NCBI GenBank assembly: GCA_964490095.1 | Contig: CAZBAA010000001.1 | Span: 1 to 29,059 of the forward strand | Direction: 5' to 3' | DNA from: an uncultured Candidatus Saccharibacteria bacterium | GTDB taxonomy: Bacteria > Patescibacteriota > Minisyncoccia > Minisyncoccales > Staskawiczbacteraceae | DNA: 29,059 bases | In this document: positions 1 through 7,432 of the stretch, piece by piece | How positions within the stretch are numbered: position 1 is the stretch's first letter | Layout of the letters: every line of letters starts with the position of its first letter | Position numbers and translations under genes: made by a program | Notes under the pieces: generated by a model | Database searches by the model: none | The model's input: the letters and a program-made list of their open reading frames with translations, nothing else | Told to the model about the DNA's origin: nothing

Positions 1-22
1 TGAGAATACAGAGGATAAAATT

Positions 23-1240
23 TTGTATAGTAGAACCTCTAAAGAGGAATTATCATTTGCTGGAGAAAAACTTATTAGAGGTCGGCACAAAATACATTCA
101 TATCCTGCTATGCTACACCCACTACTTGTAGATTATCTGATAAATAGTTATGCAAAAAAAGAAGATGTTATTTTTGATCCATTTTGCGGTAGTGGGGTTA
201 CTTTACTTCAATCGAGTATAAGCGGTCATAAATCAATAGGTTTCGATATAAATCCGTTAGCTTTATTAATAGCTAAAACAAAAACAACAGATTATGATAT
301 CGAAAAATTAAGAAAAGAGTTTGCAGATTTTAAGAAATCTATACAAGAAAATAAAAACATTGATATACCTCAAATTAACAACATAGATTATTGGTATACT
401 AAAGATGTTATCAAAGATTTGGCTAGAGTGAGAAATGTCCTTAAAAATAAAAAATACAACTATCAAGATTTTTTTATAGCTAATTTTGCTTTTATTTGCA
501 GAGATCAATCTTTAACTAGAAATGGAGAGTTTAAAAGATATAGGCTTAACGAATATAAAATTAAAAAATTCGAAAATAAAGTTTTTGATAAACTATTTAA
601 ACATATAGAGGAAATAATTAATATAATTGAAAATTCTGAAACTCCTAAAGAAAAAAGCTGGCCAATTTTAGCTAACTCGGAAAATATAACCCCAAAGACG
701 AAATATGATTTAGTAATAACTTCTCCGCCATATGGAGATAGCCGAACAACAGTAGCCTATGGAGAATATTCTAGCTTCGGCTCTGATTGGATAGACGACA
801 TGAATAGTTACGGCGGAAATAATTATAAAATAGATAAAGAAAGCATGGGCAAGGTTGGTTTGGTGAACGAAGAAGTGAGAAAACATCCTATTTTAATTAA
901 CACTATTAAAAAGATTGAGGATGTGAATCCAAAACGAGCAAAAGAAGTTTTTTATTTTTTCAACGGTTACTACAAGGCTATTAAAAATATTGTAAAAGGT
1001 CTTAATAAAAATGGGCGAGTTTGTTTTGTGGTTGGTAATAGAACGGTTAAAGAACAGCAGATACCAATGGATCAGATAACAGCATCATTTTTAGGGGGCA
1101 TGAATTTACATTTTGATAACATTTTTGTAAGAAATATTTTAAACAAAATAATGCCATCGCATAATTCTCCAACAAACGTGGTGGGAGAGAAATCGCGAAC
1201 AATGGTTAATGAGTATATTGTAATATTTCACAAAGATTAA
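23..1240 (+). CDS. Amino-DNA methyltransferase (probably N4-cytosine, alpha-class, M.MvaI-like); probably 5'-truncated by the window edge
   Basis: Motif I DPFCGSG precedes motif IV TSPPY (alpha order), with an N-terminal HSYPA motif. The frame is open from position 2 (GAG AAT ACA GAG GAT AAA ATT TTG), so the TTG at 23 may not be the true start. Only 1 nt separates it from the REase. Confidence 0.9.
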   Translation: MYSRTSKEELSFAGEKLIRGRHKIHSYPAMLHPLLVDYLINSYAKKEDVIFDPFCGSGVTLLQSSISGHKSIGFDINPLALLIAKTKTTDYDIEKLRKEFADFKKSIQENKNIDIPQINNIDYWYTKDVIKDLARVRNVLKNKKYNYQDFFIANFAFICRDQSLTRNGEFKRYRLNEYKIKKFENKVFDKLFKHIEEIINIIENSETPKEKSWPILANSENITPKTKYDLVITSPPYGDSRTTVAYGEYSSFGSDWIDDMNSYGGNNYKIDKESMGKVGLVNEEVRKHPILINTIKKIEDVNPKRAKEVFYFFNGYYKAIKNIVKGLNKNGRVCFVVGNRTVKEQQIPMDQITASFLGGMNLHFDNIFVRNILNKIMPSHNSPTNVVGEKSRTMVNEYIVIFHKD

Positions 1241-1241
1241 T

Positions 1242-1940
1242 ATGAAAAAATTAACTTTAAAGGAAGTAAAAGAACGACTATCTAAAATAAAAAAACTTGG
1301 ATATGTAAAGAGTTTAAGAAAGGGTCCAACTGGTATTGGTTATACTTTAGAAACACTATTAAAAATTAAAGAGAACAACATAAGTTCTCCGGATTTAGGA
1401 GAAATTGAATTAAAAGCTCAGAGAGAGAATCATACGGGAATGACAACACTTTTTACTTTTAACAATAAGGCGTGGAAAATGGACCCATTATTAGCCGTTA
1501 AGAAGTATGGAAGTCGTGATAAAGATGGAAGATTGGGTTTATATTACACAATGGGAATGAAACCAAATAGTGCTGGCTTGTTTTTAGCCGTAGATAACAA
1601 AACGGTGTCTGTGAGACATATCAATGGGAGCGTTATTGCTGAGTGGCGATTATCAGAAATTGAAAAACGTTTTAAAACTAAAGTAAGGAACGTTTTACTT
1701 GTAAAAGCTAAAGTCGAAGAAAGAGACGGAGTCGAATATTTTTTATTTGATAGGGCAAGATTACTTTTTCATGGCACCAACAAAAATATTCTTAAAAATC
1801 AGTTTGAAAACGAACAATTACTTGTTGATTTAAGATTACATGACAAAGGAACAATGGCAAGAAACCATGGAACCGGTTTTCGGGTTTTTGAAAATAATTT
1901 AGAAAATCTATACGAGAAAGTTCAAGAGATAAATTTTTGA
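1242..1940 (+). CDS. MvaI/BcnI-family (MutH-like) restriction endonuclease
   Basis: GPTGIGYTLETLL...NNISSPDLGEIELKAQR has the PD-x4-ExK catalytic spacing typical of MvaI/BcnI. The C-terminal RNHGTGFR motif is present and the gene is coupled to an MTase. Confidence 0.85.
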   Translation: MKKLTLKEVKERLSKIKKLGYVKSLRKGPTGIGYTLETLLKIKENNISSPDLGEIELKAQRENHTGMTTLFTFNNKAWKMDPLLAVKKYGSRDKDGRLGLYYTMGMKPNSAGLFLAVDNKTVSVRHINGSVIAEWRLSEIEKRFKTKVRNVLLVKAKVEERDGVEYFLFDRARLLFHGTNKNILKNQFENEQLLVDLRLHDKGTMARNHGTGFRVFENNLENLYEKVQEINF

Positions 1941-1951
1941 TAAAGATAGCT

Positions 1952-1968
1952 ATTTTATTGTGCGACAA
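1952..1968 (+). repeat. Copy A of a dispersed motif, ATTTTATTGTGCGACAA
   Basis: Exact reverse complement of 3669-3685. Positions 1954-1970 are also the exact reverse complement of 9736-9752. Confidence 0.85.
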
Positions 1969-1976
1969 ATTAAATG

Positions 1977-2012
1977 AAATAAAAAGAGGGGGATTGAGCC
2001 CTCTTTTTATTT
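1977..2012. terminator. Bidirectional intrinsic terminator between the convergent REase and ydeI-like genes
   Basis: Perfect 14-bp inverted repeat AAATAAAAAGAGGG / CCCTCTTTTTATTT with an 8-nt loop and A/T tails on both sides. Confidence 0.85.
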
Positions 2013-2252
2013 GCGATGAGAACAACCGGCCCAGCAACAAGGTCGGCGTTTTCCTTCCTTAAGCTCTGTGCATGTTCGTTTAATGTGCAAATTTCTTGTT
2101 TCTGATTTCTTGACTGAGTCAATCCAACAGAGCCACTCGTTGCGCGCAAACGGGGTAATATCTTCCCATTTTGTCAAGGCTTTTGGGTCAGCGATAAGGG
2201 ACTTTTTAAAATCTGCAGGAACTTTGTGGACTACGCCATTTGATATTTTCAT
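2007..2252 (-). CDS. YdeI/OmpD-associated (bacteriocin-protection) family small protein
   Basis: VPADFKKSL...WEDITPFARNEWLCWIDSVKKSETR...RPCCWAGCSHR matches the family pattern as I recall it. Confidence 0.8.
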   Translation of the reverse strand: MKISNGVVHKVPADFKKSLIADPKALTKWEDITPFARNEWLCWIDSVKKSETRNLHIKRTCTELKEGKRRPCCWAGCSHRK

Positions 2253-2261
2253 AATATATTT

Positions 2262-3263
2262 CTATTTTTTGTCGGGGTCGCTGTGGAATTGGTGATGTAT
2301 ATCGCGCAGGCGCTTGTTTGTGACGTGCGTGTAAATTTGAGTGGTAGCGATATTGCTATGTCCCAAAAATTCTTGAATGCTGCGCAGGTCGACTCCTTGA
2401 TTTAATAAATCGGTGGCATAAGAATGTCTGAGGGTATGTGGGGTAGTAAAGATTGGTATACCCGAAAGTAAGGCATATTTTTTAACCATTCTTTCAATAG
2501 ACCTTGGAGTAAGTCGGGAATCAGTTGCGCCTTTTTTATCGCGAAAGTTTATAAACAAGGCCTTGGTGTTGGCATTTTCTATTCCACTTCTTATTTCAAG
2601 ATATTTTTTAATGTAATCTAATGCGCGTTCTGAAAAGTATACCACTCGGGGCTTGCCGCCTTTGCCAATAACACCCAGTTCCATATCTTTTTTATCCTTC
2701 AGGCTATTGAACTGTTCAAAATTTAAGGCCACCAGTTCTGCGATACGCAAACCGGTTGAAAAAAAAGTTTCAAGAATTGCGCGGTCGCGAATAATAATGG
2801 CGTCTTTTGCCTCGCCCGTGGCCGGGCTACGGCCGAGGGGCTCAACTGAAGATAAAAGCTTACCAATCTGTTCTAGAGTAAGGAATTTAACCGTTTTTTG
2901 GCCTTTATCTGCCTTAGAAAGGGCTATTTTACCCGGAGGGAGGCAAAATACGTCTTTAGCCACAAAATAGGCAAAAAAGCCCCTTAAAGCGATTAAATAG
3001 TAGTTTTGGGTGCCTTTAGACAATAATTTACCGGTAGCTGGGCTTGGAGTGCGAGAAAGAAACAATCTGTAGGCCCAAATGTGTTCTGCGGTCAATTGAT
3101 GGGGAAGTAGAGAATTATTTTTAGTATGGTTTAGCCAATAAAAAAATTTCTCCAGATATTTTTTATAATTCTCCTGAGTATTATTACGTAAACCTTTTTC
3201 AACTTCACAATAATCCAAGAAATCGAGTAAATGATCTTTAATTGGTTTTGATGACTTTTTCAT
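2262..3263 (-). CDS. XerC/XerD-type site-specific tyrosine recombinase
   Basis: Catalytic motifs RDRAILETFFSTGLRIAEL, GKGGK, HTLRHSYAT and LGHSNIATTQIY, plus an N-terminal SAM-like domain. The ATG at 3263 is preferred over the track start (3296) because an extended -10 lies at 3291-3283. Confidence 0.93.
   Translation of the reverse strand: MKKSSKPIKDHLLDFLDYCEVEKGLRNNTQENYKKYLEKFFYWLNHTKNNSLLPHQLTAEHIWAYRLFLSRTPSPATGKLLSKGTQNYYLIALRGFFAYFVAKDVFCLPPGKIALSKADKGQKTVKFLTLEQIGKLLSSVEPLGRSPATGEAKDAIIIRDRAILETFFSTGLRIAELVALNFEQFNSLKDKKDMELGVIGKGGKPRVVYFSERALDYIKKYLEIRSGIENANTKALFINFRDKKGATDSRLTPRSIERMVKKYALLSGIPIFTTPHTLRHSYATDLLNQGVDLRSIQEFLGHSNIATTQIYTHVTNKRLRDIHHQFHSDPDKK
2810..2838. repeat. GC-rich hairpin inside the xer coding sequence
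   Basis: CCTCG-C-CCGTGGC-CGG-GCTACGG-C-CGAGG; 24 of 29 bases are G/C in an AT-rich gene. Encodes part of PLGRSPATGEA just before the RDRAIL motif. Confidence 0.6.
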
Positions 3264-3282
3264 GATTTTATAGGTTTGCCTT

Positions 3283-3364
3283 ATTATACCATACACGACA
3301 TCGGTTTACCTACATTTTGCGACATTATTATACTGATAATAACTTGACCAAAAAACACTGTCAA
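3283..3364 (-). promoter_or_regulatory. sigma70-type promoter region of xer with overlapping dyads
   Basis: Minus strand: TTGACA(3364-3359)-N17-TATTAT(3341-3336), TATAAT at 3332-3327 and TGG-TATAAT at 3291-3283. Dyads: TTATTAT-N4-ATAATAA (3325-3342) and TTGAC-N11-GTCAA (3344-3364). Confidence 0.65.
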
Positions 3365-3372
3365 CGCCTTCC

Positions 3373-3669
3373 CTATTTTACTTGGGTGCCAAAAGTTTTA
3401 GAAAACTTTTCAGCAAAATAATTTTTAAATCTTTCCCAAATATTTTGCGCAACATTATTTTTTTGCTTTTCAACCTCCTGCTGTACAAAGACACTTTTTT
3501 GTTCCACTTCCCCACTGATTTTCTGGTAAACGTTATTTTCAAACCAATCTGTGGCTTTTACCCAATAAGCCCTGCCAAATTCACTGAAATACGGCTGCTG
3601 ACTCAAAAACACAGTTATTAATAAAATAACTATAACTGCTATATTTTGTATAAAACTTTTTTGTTTCAT
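3373..3669 (-). CDS. Hypothetical membrane-anchored protein (98 aa)
   Basis: ATG start, N-terminal hydrophobic helix IAVIVILLITVFL and an amphipathic tail. It fills the gap between gltX and xer on the operon strand. Confidence 0.75.
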   Translation of the reverse strand: MKQKSFIQNIAVIVILLITVFLSQQPYFSEFGRAYWVKATDWFENNVYQKISGEVEQKSVFVQQEVEKQKNNVAQNIWERFKNYFAEKFSKTFGTQVK

Positions 3670-3685
3670 TGTCGCACAATAAAAT
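3669..3685 (-). repeat. Copy C of the dispersed motif, inverted relative to 1952-1968
   Basis: The plus strand reads TTGTCGCACAATAAAAT. It spans the whole spacer between the gltX TGA and the next ATG. Confidence 0.85.
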
Positions 3686-5229
3686 CAACCGAGCAACTTT
3701 ATTGCCTCTTTGATTCTCTTTATTGTTTTTTCGCGGCCTAAGATTTCGGCTATTTCAAAGGGGCTGGCTGAGGCCGGCTTGCCAGACAAAGCAACTCTCA
3801 ATGGCCACAGCAAATACCCCCTATCCTTCTGCGGATAATCTTTTACTAAACTAAAATCTATTGCTTTTTTAATTAATTTTTCTTCCAAATTATCAAGATT
3901 CCACTCTTCAACCGATGGATTAATTTGAGATAATGATTTTTCCGACGCTAAAAGAGAGTCCCTGATATCCAAATCGCTCATTTGCTGCCACCTCAATAAT
4001 TCTTTTTCATAATCCAGTTTTCCTTTGAAGAAAAAACTAGTTAATTCTGCAATTTCTGACAGCTTTTTCAATCTTAATCTATAGGCCTTGATGATTTTTT
4101 GTAAAGTTGCCAAAAGCACCTCCTCCTTTGTTTCTAAAATTTCATAGACACCGCTGCGTTCTTTAATCAATCTGGCTGAAATTAAATAAGACAAGCAGAG
4201 TTCTGTCAGTTTTTCTGCTGTTTTCTCACGAATATAAAAACTATTTATAAAATCTAATTTTTTAATATTAAAAATGGCTCCGGATTTTTGCACTCTTTCC
4301 AAAGAAAACTCTTTTATTAAAGAAGATAAAACAAATATCTCTTTTTCTGTGCCAGAATTCCAGCCCAAATGAACCATAAAGTTTATTAGGGCTTCAGGCA
4401 AGTAACCTTGCTCTTTGTATTCGGCAATAGAAAAGGCGCCGTGCCTCTTTGAGAGTTTTGTCCTGTCTGGCGCCAAGATTAAAGGCAAGTGAGCATATGC
4501 CGGCCGATAAAAATCAAGGGCTTCTTGAAGCAAAATCTGCTTTGGAGTATTGGAGATATGGTCTTCCCCCCTGATGACGTGGCTTATTTGCATTTCATAA
4601 TCATCAACAACAACGGTAAAATTATATAAAAAAGGCGCTTTTAAATTTTTGGCGATAACAATATCGCCAAAGAGCCCTGTATTAAATTCAACTTTACCCC
4701 TAATCAAATCTTCAAACTTAACTTTTTTGTTTTTAATCTTAAATCTTATTACAAAGGATTTTCGTTCGGCCAAAAACTTTTCTGATTCTTTTTTAGAAAG
4801 ATTAGCACACTTTCCGTTATAGTGAGGACTTTCGCCCCTGGCCATTTGCTCTTGGCGCATGGCTTCTAGTTCGTCTTCTGGACAAAAACAATAATAGGCC
4901 TTGTCCTCTTCTAAAAGTTTTTTCAGATATTTTTCGTAAATATCCATTCTTTGCGACTGTTTGTAAGGACCGTATTTGCCGTCAATATCCGGGCCTTCCT
5001 GCCATTCTATGCCAAGCCACTTTAGTCCTTCTATTATGTCTTGGGTCCATTTTAAATCAGACCTTTCTAAGTCAGTATCCTCAACGCGCAGAACAAAAAT
5101 GCCTTTACTTTTTTGAGCAAACAGATAATTAAAGAGGGCGCTCCTGGCCGTACCTATATGCAGGGGCCCGGTTGGCGAAGGAGCAATTCTGACGCGGATT
5201 TTTTTTACTTTGGTATTTTTTGTTTTCAT
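3685..5229 (-). CDS. gltX: Glutamate--tRNA ligase
   Basis: RVRIAPSPTGPLHIG (HIGH), LRVEDTD, VIRGEDHISNTPKQ and KLSKR (KMSKS-equivalent). Confidence 0.97.
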   Translation of the reverse strand: MKTKNTKVKKIRVRIAPSPTGPLHIGTARSALFNYLFAQKSKGIFVLRVEDTDLERSDLKWTQDIIEGLKWLGIEWQEGPDIDGKYGPYKQSQRMDIYEKYLKKLLEEDKAYYCFCPEDELEAMRQEQMARGESPHYNGKCANLSKKESEKFLAERKSFVIRFKIKNKKVKFEDLIRGKVEFNTGLFGDIVIAKNLKAPFLYNFTVVVDDYEMQISHVIRGEDHISNTPKQILLQEALDFYRPAYAHLPLILAPDRTKLSKRHGAFSIAEYKEQGYLPEALINFMVHLGWNSGTEKEIFVLSSLIKEFSLERVQKSGAIFNIKKLDFINSFYIREKTAEKLTELCLSYLISARLIKERSGVYEILETKEEVLLATLQKIIKAYRLRLKKLSEIAELTSFFFKGKLDYEKELLRWQQMSDLDIRDSLLASEKSLSQINPSVEEWNLDNLEEKLIKKAIDFSLVKDYPQKDRGYLLWPLRVALSGKPASASPFEIAEILGREKTIKRIKEAIKLLG

Positions 5230-5243
5230 TTTAAATTCTTTGC

Positions 5244-6359
5244 TTATTCTAATGTAAAGTATTCTAAAATCTCTCTGGCAATAGCCCTGGCAGCTAAGGG
5301 TTTTGAAAATCTCAAGGCCTCCTCTTTCATTTTTTCCAATTTATCGGGGTGTAAAAACATATTATGCACTTTGTCTAAAAAGAAGTTACGAGTCAGATTA
5401 TCTTGCTCTACAACTAAAGCCGCGCCGGTTTGAGAGTAGGCATAGGCATTTTTTGCTTGATGGTTGGCCGCCGAAGAGGGCAAAGGAACTAAAACACTTG
5501 GTTTACCTACAGCGGCAACTTCAAAAATAGAACCCGACCCTGCTCTGGCTATAACAAGATCTGCAACTTTTAAAGCATGCTTTATTTTTTCTTCATCTAA
5601 AAACCCTACCGGGTGATAATATTTTACCAAGTCGCTGTCAATAACCACTTGGGCTTCCGCCATAACTTGCTCTAAGTTATTCCGGCCGCAAACGTGAATT
5701 AATTCAAATTCCTTTAAAAAATCGTTCAAGATATTTAAAACAAAATTATTAAGAGCTTCCGCTCCCTGCGACCCCCCTAAAAACAATATCACCGGCTTTT
5801 GGAAAGTTATATCAAACAACTCTCCGGCCGTTTTGTTGTCTCCCTCCAATAATTCTTTCCTTATCGGGTTGCCTACCAAAATTGCTTTTTGAGAGTCAAA
5901 ATACTCTGTTTTAGGAAAGGAGACAAATATTTTTCTTGCCCACCCTGAAGTAATTCTATTAGATAAACCGGGTGAAATATCTGATTCGTGTAAAAATACA
6001 GGTATTCTTAAAAGTTTGGCGCTTTGAGTGACAGAAATTGAGCCAGAACCCCCTTTGCTGAAAACAAGATCCGGGTGAATTGATAAAATCAAGAATATGC
6101 TCTGTAAAAATCCAAAAGGTATTTTAAATAAAATGTCCAAAATATTCTGATAAGAAAAATATCTTCTTATTTTCCCCGATATTATTGTTTTTATTTTAAA
6201 ATCCTCCTGGCTAAGCGTTATTAACCCAAACTCGTCTTTCTGCCCAATATAATAAAACTCCAAATCGCCTTTGGAATAAATTCTTCTTAATTCTCTGGCA
6301 ATAGCAATTACTGGAAAAATATGCCCTCCGCTGCCACCACCAGTAAATAATATTTTCAT
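5244..6359 (-). CDS. murG: UDP-GlcNAc:lipid I N-acetylglucosamine transferase
   Basis: TGGGSGGHIFP, HESD, GNPIR, GGSQGA, RAGSGSIFE and HQAKNA motifs. Confidence 0.97.
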   Translation of the reverse strand: MKILFTGGGSGGHIFPVIAIARELRRIYSKGDLEFYYIGQKDEFGLITLSQEDFKIKTIISGKIRRYFSYQNILDILFKIPFGFLQSIFLILSIHPDLVFSKGGSGSISVTQSAKLLRIPVFLHESDISPGLSNRITSGWARKIFVSFPKTEYFDSQKAILVGNPIRKELLEGDNKTAGELFDITFQKPVILFLGGSQGAEALNNFVLNILNDFLKEFELIHVCGRNNLEQVMAEAQVVIDSDLVKYYHPVGFLDEEKIKHALKVADLVIARAGSGSIFEVAAVGKPSVLVPLPSSAANHQAKNAYAYSQTGAALVVEQDNLTRNFFLDKVHNMFLHPDKLEKMKEEALRFSKPLAARAIAREILEYFTLE

Positions 6360-6370
6360 ATGATTTTTAA

Positions 6371-7432
6371 TTAAACATTTTTAGATATGTTGAGCAGTAT
6401 TCCCACCCCTATCAACTCTACGACTAAATGCGAACCTCCATAGCTAAAAAAGGGCAAAGGGATGCCGGCTAATGGTAATATACCTAAATTTGCGGCAATA
6501 TTCAAAAAGGTCTGGATAATTATCCAAAAAGTGATGCCAAAAGCAGTTAATTGAGAAAAACTATCTCGTGACGATTTGGCAATTTTGACTCCCAGCAGTA
6601 AAAAAAACGAAAAAAGAACAACTAAGAGCAACGAGCCGATAATTCCCGTTTCTTCACCCCAAATGGCAAAAAGTGAATCTGACATCGCTTGGGGCAAAAA
6701 GCCGAACTTTTGGCTGGACATGCCCCAGCCCTTTCCAAAAAATCCGCCCGAGCCAATAGCAATTAAAGACTGCTTTACTTGAAGACCTTTACCTAAAGGG
6801 TCTGTTTCCGGATGTAAAAAAATCAGCCACCGGTCAAATCTGTATGGTTCAAATTTTATTAAAGCAAAAAGGCCGGCAATCGCCGTTAAAAATATCAAAA
6901 CAGTATGCCAAAAAGGAGTACCAGCAAAAAAATACATAAGAAGCAAAGTTGACCCGATTATTCCTAAAGTGCTTACATCCGGCTGTAAAACGAGAATTAG
7001 CGAAATCACCGCTAATAAAATTAAAAATGGAATAAACACCCGCTTATTAGAAAGCAAAGCAGCTAAATACAAAATAGCCGTAATTTTTAAAAGCTCAGAC
7101 GGTTGGAAAGTAAATAAGCCCAGGTTTATCCAACGGTTAGCTCCACCGAACTTTACGCCAATTGGCGGCAAAAAAACCAAAATTAAAAGCACAAGATTGA
7201 AAAGCAGCAAATAAGGCGATATTTTCTTTAAATAATTTAACGGCAGCTTATAAGCGAGAGCGGCCAGAGCCATACCCGCCAAAAGCAAGTAGAGCTGATG
7301 AATTAAAAAATAATTGGTATTTTTAAAGATCCTCATGGAAACAGAGGCTGAAATAGTTGATAAAAACAAAATTCCAAGAATAACCAAAACAGTCACTAAA
7401 AAAAACAAATAATAATTTGGGTGTTTTTTCAT
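6371..7432 (-). CDS. ftsW: SEDS-family peptidoglycan glycosyltransferase FtsW
   Basis: GANRWI, QPSELLK, LQPD, PQAMSD and PFFSYGGS motifs. It lies between murD and murG, and its ATG overlaps the murD stop (ATGA at 7432-7429). Confidence 0.93.
   Translation of the reverse strand: MKKHPNYYLFFLVTVLVILGILFLSTISASVSMRIFKNTNYFLIHQLYLLLAGMALAALAYKLPLNYLKKISPYLLLFNLVLLILVFLPPIGVKFGGANRWINLGLFTFQPSELLKITAILYLAALLSNKRVFIPFLILLAVISLILVLQPDVSTLGIIGSTLLLMYFFAGTPFWHTVLIFLTAIAGLFALIKFEPYRFDRWLIFLHPETDPLGKGLQVKQSLIAIGSGGFFGKGWGMSSQKFGFLPQAMSDSLFAIWGEETGIIGSLLLVVLFSFFLLLGVKIAKSSRDSFSQLTAFGITFWIIIQTFLNIAANLGILPLAGIPLPFFSYGGSHLVVELIGVGILLNISKNV

Noticed and set aside
1941-1970. A complete canonical dif site (11-6-11) at the point of gene convergence
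   Set aside because: Only one arm resembles a Xer arm. The other side (TAAAGATAGCT) shows no dyad symmetry, so it is reported only as a half-site hypothesis.
2262-3263. xer as a prophage or integron integrase
   Set aside because: There are no phage genes, attC cassettes or IntI-specific insertion, and the gene is co-oriented with housekeeping genes.
5272-6305. 14-bp direct repeat TCTCTGGCAATAGC at 5272 and 6292
   Set aside because: Both copies encode AIARE within murG. It is explained by protein sequence and codon bias.
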